Of a DNA stretch of 64,000 bases, positions 56,191 to 64,000 are shown piece after piece. The position numbers were made by a program, and so were the translations under genes. Within the stretch, counting starts at the first letter, position 1. Every line of letters begins with the position of its first letter. The DNA lies in IMG/VR virus record IMGVR_UViG_3300025122_006404, positions 23,672 to 87,671 of that record. One strand, 5' to 3'. The notes beneath the pieces are model-generated. The model was not told where the DNA came from and made no database searches. It saw nothing but the letters and a program-made list of their open reading frames with translations. The stretch is from a virus.

Positions 56191-58203
56191 ATGCAGATAA
56201 CTCGTCAGCAGATCAAAAAAATAATTCGTGAGGAGACACTTGAAGTCTTAAGCGAAATTTCTCCTCGTCGGAGACGCGGAAGGCGATCCCGAGAACAGGA
56301 GTATCAGAAACAGGATTTTGAAGCGCATGGGATCTTTCCGAGCGAGGAGGAGAAATTTCCAGAAACCAAGCGTACCTTATATCATATCGCAGGCTCCGGT
56401 GGCAGACCACGCCCTATACCCAAAATGAAGTGGATTGAAGAGTGGGATGCTCAGGCTGTAGATCGACACACTGGAGAGAAGACAGGTGAGTTTATTCGCA
56501 TTGCGCCAGATAATTCATGGAAGCGTCATTGGTTAGATCAGCCGATTGAATCTGGGATATTTTTATCTCCAAACTGGCAGGCGATCTCCTCGTTCCACGG
56601 AAGGATTGGTCATGTATACGCTTTTAAGGTTCCGGAATGGGTCATTGAAATGTCTGGAGGGATCCATCGTTATGATCACGGTACTGAGGTTCTAATATCT
56701 GAAGAAATCTGGAACGGGGCCGGTGACGAGATAGAGTTTCTCGGTAAGAGTATGGATGCCGATGAAGTACTTAAGCAGTACGAGCATAGCATGAGCGATA
56801 CTTTTGCTACAGTTAACAGAATGGGAACACCTCGATCACCAAGTTGGATGGACGCTGAAGAATTAGCGGCGTGGGAAGCCAAGCAAAAAGAATTTAATTT
56901 ATACGGGCTAAGGCAAACTAATCATCCCAAAGATGTGATTAAACTTCTAAAACCAGATGAAGTGAAAGCTGCTATGGTCGCATTTGAAAAAGTGTATCCC
57001 GAAGCTCTTACAGGAAAGAAGCATGAAATAGAGTGGGAGAAAGACACTAGAGGTGGAAAGAGATTTCCCAGCCTGGCTCAAATTGCCGAACCTCCGATCA
57101 GCACAAAAGACCAGGAGCTTATAGACTTGCTTCGGAAGCGCATCGTGAACGAATCCTGGATTCAGCACCCTTCCTTCCCTCTTCTTCTCAAAGAGCAGGA
57201 AGGGGTCGACATTGATGTCGATGTCGACCGGGACTTCCGGGCGGCACAGTCTGACCACACGGTCAGCTCGAAACGGGCCGCTGGTTCCACCTACCGACAG
57301 TCTCATCAGAGAGCCTTAAAGAGAAAACAGTCCGATTATTTCACCAAGCACGGCCATCCCCATGTAGCGGCGGGGAATCTTCGAGTATTTGGTGATTGCG
57401 GATCTCCGGGGGTCATGCCACCTCGTCCCAACCCACGCCTGGATCGCGGTGCTGGAGATCGAGATGCCTTAAAAATCTGGGAGCACGTCATTGAAGCTCA
57501 CGGTTCGCCTAGCTTCGCCTCGGCTGCGATCGAGGGTTTCCTCGGGATAGAGGACATTGCCTGGGAAGCCTTGCAGCATTCAATAAAAAGTGCAGGCGGA
57601 AAATTTGCGAGAAAATGGATTCCTTTCGTTGGCTGGGTGGAAACAGCAGAGGATGTTCATGCTACTTTTCAGATTTATAAGAAAAGTGTTTCTGAGGGAT
57701 TCTGTGATCTGATGCGGGACCTGAACGATTCGTACTGGGATGATGACGCTGATCCCATACCGCTCTCAAAGTGGCGATCCAAGTATCCCGGTTACCTGGC
57801 ACTTATTACCCAGTTCTGTTTAACAGAATTGAATAAGTCCCCAATAGGTGCAGCACAGACCCTGGTCCAGGCCGGATGGCTCGACCCATCTGATGCTAAT
57901 GCTTATCGTCAAGAGATAGAAATGCAGATAGAAACTAAACTGGCTGCGAGAGAAGAGAAAGTTGATGATGGACGCACAGATTCTCGTGTGAATTCGATAA
58001 GCCGAAAAATTGTCATGTCACTTCCCTGGGAAAGATATCCCGAGGAAGCTGAGACGATTAATCAGGCTGTGGATAAGATGGCTGATGAGAGAGATCTTCC
58101 CAGCTTAAAGCTATTAAAGGCTGCACTCTCCAAGGGAGTCGAGGCAATCTACGATGCAATACCTGTAGAGTATAGAACGTCTGATTCCCGGGATGATGCA
58201 TGA
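56191..58203 (+). CDS. Large leader-tagged multidomain protein with possible ART-like domain
   Basis: MQITRQQIKKIIREETLEVLSE; TLYH...GIFLS...VYAFKVP...EVLI; KWIPFVGW. Confidence 0.65.
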   Translation: MQITRQQIKKIIREETLEVLSEISPRRRRGRRSREQEYQKQDFEAHGIFPSEEEKFPETKRTLYHIAGSGGRPRPIPKMKWIEEWDAQAVDRHTGEKTGEFIRIAPDNSWKRHWLDQPIESGIFLSPNWQAISSFHGRIGHVYAFKVPEWVIEMSGGIHRYDHGTEVLISEEIWNGAGDEIEFLGKSMDADEVLKQYEHSMSDTFATVNRMGTPRSPSWMDAEELAAWEAKQKEFNLYGLRQTNHPKDVIKLLKPDEVKAAMVAFEKVYPEALTGKKHEIEWEKDTRGGKRFPSLAQIAEPPISTKDQELIDLLRKRIVNESWIQHPSFPLLLKEQEGVDIDVDVDRDFRAAQSDHTVSSKRAAGSTYRQSHQRALKRKQSDYFTKHGHPHVAAGNLRVFGDCGSPGVMPPRPNPRLDRGAGDRDALKIWEHVIEAHGSPSFASAAIEGFLGIEDIAWEALQHSIKSAGGKFARKWIPFVGWVETAEDVHATFQIYKKSVSEGFCDLMRDLNDSYWDDDADPIPLSKWRSKYPGYLALITQFCLTELNKSPIGAAQTLVQAGWLDPSDANAYRQEIEMQIETKLAAREEKVDDGRTDSRVNSISRKIVMSLPWERYPEEAETINQAVDKMADERDLPSLKLLKAALSKGVEAIYDAIPVEYRTSDSRDDA

Positions 58204-58535
58204 GGACTACCAATCTCGTGACCATCACGGAAGCTGCAAATGTGCAGGTGAGAAAGCTTCTTGACGAAGAAGGTGATCCCGGGCTAGGTCTTCGACTAGG
58301 AATCAAGGGTGGGGGTTGCTCCGGATTATCCTACATACTGGATTTCACGGAAGAGCGAGAAGGTGATACTGTAATCAGTCAGGATGATTTTCGGGTCTTT
58401 CTGGATCGCAAGAGCACGATCTATCTCGCTGGCATCACACTGGATCATCAGAGTGGATTAGAAGGCAAAGGCTTTGTATTTCAAAATCCATCGGCCACCA
58501 ATACCTGTGGCTGCGGAGAAAGCTTTTCTCTCTGA
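58200..58535 (+). CDS. iscA: A-type Fe-S carrier (IscA/SufA/HesB)
   Basis: GGGCSGLSY, NPSA..TCGCGESF. Confidence 0.95.
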   Translation: MRTTNLVTITEAANVQVRKLLDEEGDPGLGLRLGIKGGGCSGLSYILDFTEEREGDTVISQDDFRVFLDRKSTIYLAGITLDHQSGLEGKGFVFQNPSATNTCGCGESFSL

Positions 58536-58582
58536 CTGAAATGAACCCAGCAAGAGAATATTTATTAAGAGAGAAGATTTCA

Positions 58583-58975
58583 ATGCACATTGAGAAGAAT
58601 CAGCTGCAACACCTCATAAGAAAAATTATCACTGAGGAAATGGGTCGACTGCATGAATTTACTTTTACCGGAAGAGATGGGATCTCACATGAAATTGGAT
58701 TTTCAAAGGGTCATCTCATGTTTGACGGAGATAGGTGGCAGCTTAAAGTAGGATTCTTTTCTTTGCCAGTGAAGGAGCTAGCACAGCTTGCTCGGGGGAT
58801 AAGCGTAGTTCTGGGGACTCCCCTGGGAGATAGACATGGGATTCTAGAGGGCAAGAAAATTAGAGAGCTGGTGAATCGATTAATGAAACGGGGAAACTTT
58901 TCACTCAATGTAGAGGACCCTGTCACCGGAGATGTGTCTGAGCTTCAGTTCAATCTGGTCTCGAGAAAATCATGA
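58583..58975 (+). CDS. Leader-tagged hypothetical protein
   Basis: MHIEKNQLQHLIRKIITEEMGRLHE; ATATTTAT at 58558. Confidence 0.7.
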   Translation: MHIEKNQLQHLIRKIITEEMGRLHEFTFTGRDGISHEIGFSKGHLMFDGDRWQLKVGFFSLPVKELAQLARGISVVLGTPLGDRHGILEGKKIRELVNRLMKRGNFSLNVEDPVTGDVSELQFNLVSRKS

Positions 58976-59226
58976 ATTTACTTCGAGAATACATCAGAGA
59001 AATAATGTTAACCAATCTCTCAGAGGATACGTTGCAACCCTCGAAGGCGGCAATCCCTCTCGCTGTTCTGCCCAGGGATAATGACTGTCCTGCTGGATAT
59101 AATTACGATAGTGTCGCAAGGGTGTGTGTATCTAATGATATCAATGCACAAGATCCAACTCAAAGCAGTGAGCTCGCTAATCAAATCTCAAAGTTGCAAG
59201 GAGTTAAACGGCTAAAACCGTGGTAA
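58972..59226 (+). CDS. Leader-variant hypothetical protein
   Basis: MNLLREYIREIMLTNLSE; CPAGY...C. Confidence 0.7.
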   Translation: MNLLREYIREIMLTNLSEDTLQPSKAAIPLAVLPRDNDCPAGYNYDSVARVCVSNDINAQDPTQSSELANQISKLQGVKRLKPW

Positions 59227-59232
59227 TCGTTT

Positions 59233-59688
59233 ATGAATTTTCTTCGTCAATATATTAGAGAGATGATGATTCGTGAGGCTCTCTCCGATGAGTCTGTCAC
59301 TCTCGATGCCGATAATCTTCGATCCATTGCTGATGACTTAGAGTCCACTGACCCAATAATTTCTAAGATCAATAGCATGCCAATGTATCGGGGAACTAGA
59401 TCTGGTGATCCCAGTGCACTCCCACCTGGGATAGCATACTTCATCAGCAATGAGGTGTATGCGAAAACCTACGGACCTACAGCTGAATTTAGACTTGACA
59501 TCAAGAATCCAAAGATCGTTGATAGAGAAGCTTGGGTTAACACCTACGACACTATCGCGCTGAGGATGAACCCGAATGCGCTTGGCGACCTGCGAGAAGA
59601 AGGATATGACTCTGTTGTGATGAAGATGCCCACAGCCACGCTGATCTATGTCGTGATGGTGCTAGCATCAGAGAAGAGTGTCAGATGA
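59233..59688 (+). CDS. Leader-variant protein with ADP-ribosyltransferase-like domain
   Basis: MNFLRQYIREMMIREALSDE; TLDADNLR; MYRG...YF....YA..YG...LDIKNP...EEGYDSV. Confidence 0.6.
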   Translation: MNFLRQYIREMMIREALSDESVTLDADNLRSIADDLESTDPIISKINSMPMYRGTRSGDPSALPPGIAYFISNEVYAKTYGPTAEFRLDIKNPKIVDREAWVNTYDTIALRMNPNALGDLREEGYDSVVMKMPTATLIYVVMVLASEKSVR

Positions 59689-60464
59689 TACTTACCCGTA
59701 GACAGATTACTGAGATGATCAGAAAGATTCTCACTGAGGATGATTATGATGATGATAGCGAATATGAGACCGTACCGTTTTATACTGAGTCTCTAAAATG
59801 GATGTCTCCTCCCAGGGATTTCTATGAGAAAACTGGAATCAACATGATCCACACTTATAAGTTACCTCCTGAGTTTAACTCCCCCAAGGCATTACAGGAT
59901 TATATACTAAAAGAGGAACCCAAGGATCCTGAAGCAGCCACAAAATTCTATGGGGACATCGTCAATGCCTTGGCTCGGCTAAACCCAGAGATCGCATCGT
60001 TCCAGGGCATCAGCGCACCCAGTGAAGATTATCTCCTACCTGGGCAGAAAATCTCTGATGTCTATCCTTGGCATCTCAAGGACATCGTGATGGGTGTCTC
60101 TAGCGAGATGCTACCGGCGGACATAAAATATTATCTCGAAGGCTATGCCCTGAGTCCCGAGACAGAGAGGATCCTTCAGCAATTTACCGATCAGACCGGG
60201 GTAAGACCCCAGTGGGTGATCTCATCTGAGACTGCTTCATCAGTTATTGACTTGAGTGATGAGAGTGCAGATTGGGAAAGGCGGGAAGATCAAGCTGCTG
60301 AAGATCCAGACCCACGAGTTCAAGTGGCCTGGGAGATGGAATATGAAAGAGGCTATGTTGATGGTTTGCATGACGAGCCATTTCCATCGTCTATCCCTAG
60401 TGATGATTATGCTGCTGGATATGAAGATGGTAAGGCCAGAAGGGAACGTGAGCAACAAGAATAA
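59685..60464 (+). CDS. Leader-tagged hypothetical protein
   Basis: MILTRRQITEMIRKILTE; C-terminal YERGYVDG...YAAGYEDG. Confidence 0.72.
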   Translation: MILTRRQITEMIRKILTEDDYDDDSEYETVPFYTESLKWMSPPRDFYEKTGINMIHTYKLPPEFNSPKALQDYILKEEPKDPEAATKFYGDIVNALARLNPEIASFQGISAPSEDYLLPGQKISDVYPWHLKDIVMGVSSEMLPADIKYYLEGYALSPETERILQQFTDQTGVRPQWVISSETASSVIDLSDESADWERREDQAAEDPDPRVQVAWEMEYERGYVDGLHDEPFPSSIPSDDYAAGYEDGKARREREQQE

Positions 60465-60517
60465 TCTCACATAAGAGAATAGTTATAGACATGCCGTTTC
60501 AAAAGGAAGGTAGAAAA

Positions 60518-60937
60518 ATGAGAGTAACGAAGAGGCAACTGAAGAGGATCATCCGAGAAGAAGCAGCACGGCTGCAGGAGGATTACATTGACACAGAGCT
60601 AGATCACCTCGAGAAGAACCGGGAGGACGATCTGGAGCACACAATTGGTGAAGAGGTATACAATGCAGCCATAGCTAATCCCAAACGCTTTGCGAAGTTC
60701 TCGTTTAGCGGAGCCCGAACGGCTGCGGGAAACCCCGTAATTGATCACTCTTATGATGTGATCGCTAAATCGATGGAGGAAATGGGGATGACTAAGAAAG
60801 AAGATTTTATCTTCTTCGGTCGAATGATTGGTTCCGAGAGGTATAAAATTTTAGCACAAAAGGGGATGCTTATTGATCCACGCCCACAAGGAGGCGCAAC
60901 ACAACAAAAGAAGCAACCCTACCCCGAGGGGCATTAA
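60518..60937 (+). CDS. Leader-tagged hypothetical protein
   Basis: ATG 60518 MRVTKRQLKRIIREEAARLQE. Confidence 0.75.
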   Translation: MRVTKRQLKRIIREEAARLQEDYIDTELDHLEKNREDDLEHTIGEEVYNAAIANPKRFAKFSFSGARTAAGNPVIDHSYDVIAKSMEEMGMTKKEDFIFFGRMIGSERYKILAQKGMLIDPRPQGGATQQKKQPYPEGH

Positions 60938-60941
60938 ACAA

Positions 60942-61403
60942 ATGAAAATAACCAAGAAAGAACTACAAAAGATTATTAAGGAAGAGCGTGTTACCCTTCT
61001 TAAGGAGTTCGGCCCGCAAGGCACCGATGGAGCTAACACACTCATAGACTTTGCCTACGCCTGGACGAAACTTGGCGGCGCCGTTCAGGAACAGATTGAA
61101 AAATTGGTAACCACATATGTCAACTCTGGCGGCTATTCTGGGACGTGGGAGAACGATGAGTTCTATAATGTGGTGCACGAGATGAATCCCGCCGCCCTGG
61201 AGGTTGCCGGCTTCGGACTTCGACACTCCCTCAAGGTCCTGGCGGAAGAGACCAAGGGACACACGGACGCTGACGATATTTTGGAGGCACTGGCCCAGGC
61301 CCAGGAGGTGTTAAACATCTCCGAGGATCGCCCAGGTTCAGGTAGATACTCATTGATGAGGGCCCTCCCCCCTCGTGAAAAAAGTAATGAAACTGACATG
61401 TAG
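60942..61403 (+). CDS. Leader-tagged hypothetical protein
   Basis: ATG 60942 MKITKKELQKIIKEERVTLLKE. Confidence 0.75.
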   Translation: MKITKKELQKIIKEERVTLLKEFGPQGTDGANTLIDFAYAWTKLGGAVQEQIEKLVTTYVNSGGYSGTWENDEFYNVVHEMNPAALEVAGFGLRHSLKVLAEETKGHTDADDILEALAQAQEVLNISEDRPGSGRYSLMRALPPREKSNETDM

Positions 61404-61452
61404 TCAGCTAAGAAGAATCATCCGAGAGGAATCTTCGGAAGACTGGCGGTAG
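61387..61452 (+). CDS. Leader-only minigene (21 aa)
   Basis: Translated by hand: MKLTCSQLRRIIREESSEDWR*. Confidence 0.6.
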   Translation: MKLTCSQLRRIIREESSEDWR

Positions 61453-61454
61453 AA

Positions 61455-62090
61455 GTGAGGATCACAAGAGAACAACTTAGAAGAATCATTAGGGAAGAGT
61501 TGCAGATAACGAGTGAAAAGAGTGCAAATATTCCACAAACAACGGACCCACCCCGGACTAAAGCGGTATTGTTGAAAGGTAATGCATTGGCTGCAGATCC
61601 AGACTTCCAAGCAAAGGTTCAATCAATAGCAGCATCAATAGGTGCAAGCCCAGCTGATCTCATGGCAATTATGAAATTTGAATCTGGCCTTGACCCATCA
61701 AAGGTAAATAAAAGCTCAGGAGCGACCGGCCTCATTCAGTTTATGCCAGCCACAGCACAGGGCCTGGGAACCAGCACCGGTGAACTTCAATCAATGACCG
61801 GGGTTGAACAAATGGAATATGTCGCTAAATATTTTGAAGGATCGGGGCCGTATAGATCACCAACCGACCTATACCTTAAGGTCTTTTACCCATATGCAAT
61901 TAGGCAAAGTGATGATTACGTCATTGGCTCTGAAGTCTCTGACGAACGGGCGAGAGAAATTGCTGACGCCAATCCCTCCTTTCCAAAAAATGATGCCGGT
62001 TTCATTACAAAACGGGCAATCATTGACAAAATGGAGCCAAGGTTTGCAGGCCCTCGTACTGCTGCCCGAATCGAGACAGATAAACAATAA
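61455..62090 (+). CDS. Leader-tagged lytic transglycosylase (SLT-like)
   Basis: MRITREQLRRIIREEL; IMKFESG, GATGLIQFMP. Confidence 0.88.
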   Translation: MRITREQLRRIIREELQITSEKSANIPQTTDPPRTKAVLLKGNALAADPDFQAKVQSIAASIGASPADLMAIMKFESGLDPSKVNKSSGATGLIQFMPATAQGLGTSTGELQSMTGVEQMEYVAKYFEGSGPYRSPTDLYLKVFYPYAIRQSDDYVIGSEVSDERAREIADANPSFPKNDAGFITKRAIIDKMEPRFAGPRTAARIETDKQ

Positions 62091-62138
62091 AAACAATTCC
62101 TATGCAGAATATGTATACACAGGCACGGAGACATCACA

Positions 62139-62573
62139 ATGCGCATCACGCAGAAACAACTTAGAAGAATTATTAGAGAAGAGCTAGTGAGATCTCTAGA
62201 AGAGGGATGCGAGAAAACTACTGCTTACCAACCCGGTGAACAATATGATCACCAAGATTGGAAAATAGGTGATTATACTGGATCAGTCACGGTCATGCCT
62301 CCTGACGAACCCATTACTGACCGGAATCACGTGGGACTCAAGGGAGCAGGTGAATGGAACTTTGGTGAACCCCAATGGTTACTCTCCTTCTCTGTCAATA
62401 ACCTGGGTTTCTTTCCATTTGTGATAAGTGAGGAGATGGCCCACGAGTTCTGTGATGATCCTACTGGTGCTGTTCAGAAATACTGGCAGACCCTTAATCA
62501 TGCAACTGGTCACAAGATGGGTGAGCATGGCGCTGTACCACCTGAGGCATCCGGAAGTCGTCGTAGACGCTAA
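62139..62573 (+). CDS. Leader-tagged hypothetical protein
   Basis: MRITQKQLRRIIREELVRSLEE. Confidence 0.78.
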   Translation: MRITQKQLRRIIREELVRSLEEGCEKTTAYQPGEQYDHQDWKIGDYTGSVTVMPPDEPITDRNHVGLKGAGEWNFGEPQWLLSFSVNNLGFFPFVISEEMAHEFCDDPTGAVQKYWQTLNHATGHKMGEHGAVPPEASGSRRRR

Positions 62574-62588
62574 TCCAGCATCCGCATA

Positions 62589-62840
62589 TCATTGATCCTT
62601 CCACGGGGTGATCCACTCTGCCAGCACAGCCTCTTCCACCGCGCCCTTATAGACGATGTCATAGACCGTGCACACTCCGATGTTCATTCCCTCAAGCCAC
62701 TTCCGGTTTGCTTCGTCGTTATAGGGAAATATCTTCGGCACAGACTCGTAGATTCTTAGGATGATTCCAGCCTCGTCATAACACTCTTCTGTTGCTGATG
62801 ACTTCACCAATCTGATGAGATCTCCAACTTGATATTCCAT
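62589..62840 (-). CDS. xGDLV-family protein on minus strand
   Basis: MEYQVGDLI...AGIIL from ATG 62840. Confidence 0.7.
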   Translation of the reverse strand: MEYQVGDLIRLVKSSATEECYDEAGIILRIYESVPKIFPYNDEANRKWLEGMNIGVCTVYDIVYKGAVEEAVLAEWITPWKDQ

Positions 62841-62945
62841 AACACAAATAACTATCGAGCGCCCAGACACGTGCAACCCGGGCACGGTTAACAATAAAAA
62901 CACTGAGAAAGAGTTATATGTATATACAGGAAGAAAGAGGTTCAA

Positions 62946-63272
62946 ATGCGCATCACCAAGAAACAACTTAGAAGGATCATCAAGGAAGAGCTGAATGAGG
63001 TCGATTTACCAAGATCTTTGGGTCCACGTCCAGGCGGTTCGCTCAGCCCTCTTGGGAATTTGGCAGAAGATATTCTCTCCCTGATAAAGAATCTTACCAA
63101 CAAAGTCGACTCAGACTTCGGCGATGACCCCATGACAAGAAAAGATATTATTGAATTTGTACTGAAAATGCTATTCGAAGAAGAGCCTAGCGCTATGGTA
63201 GCTGGAAAGGTTTCTCCCACATGGGCTAGAAGAAAATATGCTGGACCCTTGGATCCTGGGGCGGACTTTTAA
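62946..63272 (+). CDS. Leader-tagged hypothetical protein
   Basis: MRITKKQLRRIIKEELNE. Confidence 0.78.
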   Translation: MRITKKQLRRIIKEELNEVDLPRSLGPRPGGSLSPLGNLAEDILSLIKNLTNKVDSDFGDDPMTRKDIIEFVLKMLFEEEPSAMVAGKVSPTWARRKYAGPLDPGADF

Positions 63273-63304
63273 ATGAAACAGGCTGCACTTGACCCAAGGG
63301 AAAA

Positions 63305-63976
63305 ATGAAGATCACACGTAGACAATTAAGAAGAATTATTAGGGAAGCACATGGCGGCGCACTTGGAGAATTTCCAGGAAGATACGACACCGGAATCCCA
63401 ATAGACGACCTCGAGTGGCAACCTGATGAGAAAGGTCACATGAATGTATCCAACGCCGGAGGCGGAGACTGGTGGAGCACACTCGACTCAGAGGATGATC
63501 TACCGGTATGGAAGGAGCAGGTTGCCTCTCACGGTGCTGGGTCCACTGTGGTCTTCAGCATGAATCGCTGGATGCCTCACACTGGTCCCTGGGCAGATGC
63601 GGCTCGGAAATATCGTCAAGCAAAGTTTGCCTTTCTTAAAAAACCCCTGTTTGAGTTCCGGAAGATCTCGCGTCGACAATTAAGAAGGATTATTAGAGAG
63701 GAATTAGCCGTCATATCTGAAATCAGTGATGTCTCCGACGGGGATGAGACAGAATCAGATGATGATAGTAATCTATACTTAGATCTTACAAAAACAATAC
63801 GCGCTGCAAAGGATACTGGTGTCGGTCTAGACGGTACAGTACATGCTATCGGTGAGGTATTGACAGATCAAATGTATGTAGGATACAGCACTGAGGATGT
63901 CTTGACTGCATTTGGAAAGTGGATAAAATGGAAAGAACAAGAGCAGCTAAAGAGCTATAGAGGCGCTGGGAGATAA
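63305..63976 (+). CDS. Double-leader fusion protein
   Basis: MKITRRQLRRIIREA and internal RKISRRQLRRIIREELAVISE. Confidence 0.78.
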   Translation: MKITRRQLRRIIREAHGGALGEFPGRYDTGIPIDDLEWQPDEKGHMNVSNAGGGDWWSTLDSEDDLPVWKEQVASHGAGSTVVFSMNRWMPHTGPWADAARKYRQAKFAFLKKPLFEFRKISRRQLRRIIREELAVISEISDVSDGDETESDDDSNLYLDLTKTIRAAKDTGVGLDGTVHAIGEVLTDQMYVGYSTEDVLTAFGKWIKWKEQEQLKSYRGAGR

Positions 63977-63980
63977 CAAA

Positions 63981-64000
63981 ATGAAGATCACACGTAATCA
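63981..64000 (+). CDS. Start of another leader-tagged gene (cut by window edge)
   Basis: ATG AAG ATC ACA CGT AAT CA = MKITRN(Q). Confidence 0.7.

Overview
Dense, almost entirely + strand coding with dozens of short orphan genes, six tRNAs and scattered host-like genes (groEL, dnaJ-like, sigma70, greA, def, tilS, ATP-dependent ligase, iscA, aceB-aceA) lacking their usual cellular operon context. Best read as a fragment of a large (jumbo-type) dsDNA bacteriophage. No capsid, terminase or polymerase gene is in the window, so this is inference. A CglF/GltF-like gliding protein, vWA and TlpA-type lipoproteins and a GC-rich lipoprotein island point to a Myxococcota/Bdellovibrionota-like host. Two modular gene systems dominate. 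(1) About 25 otherwise unrelated proteins share an N-terminal M(K/R)(I/L)T(R/K)xQL(R/K)(R/K)II(R/K)EE leader, usually followed by an L-x-E site and often preceded by an ATATTTAT-like upstream motif; this is a candidate capsid-targeting tag for packaged effectors. (2) About 30 small MKVGDLV...LEVISE beta-barrel-like proteins occur, many in tandem arrays joined by a conserved 24-nt overlap junction behind sigma70-like TGTA(A/G)-N17-TATAAT promoters. Also notable are a complete glyoxylate shunt, an apparently split sigma factor, a Cys-less QueF and a tRNA overlapping the greA stop codon. All family assignments come from motif recognition by eye; no searches were run.
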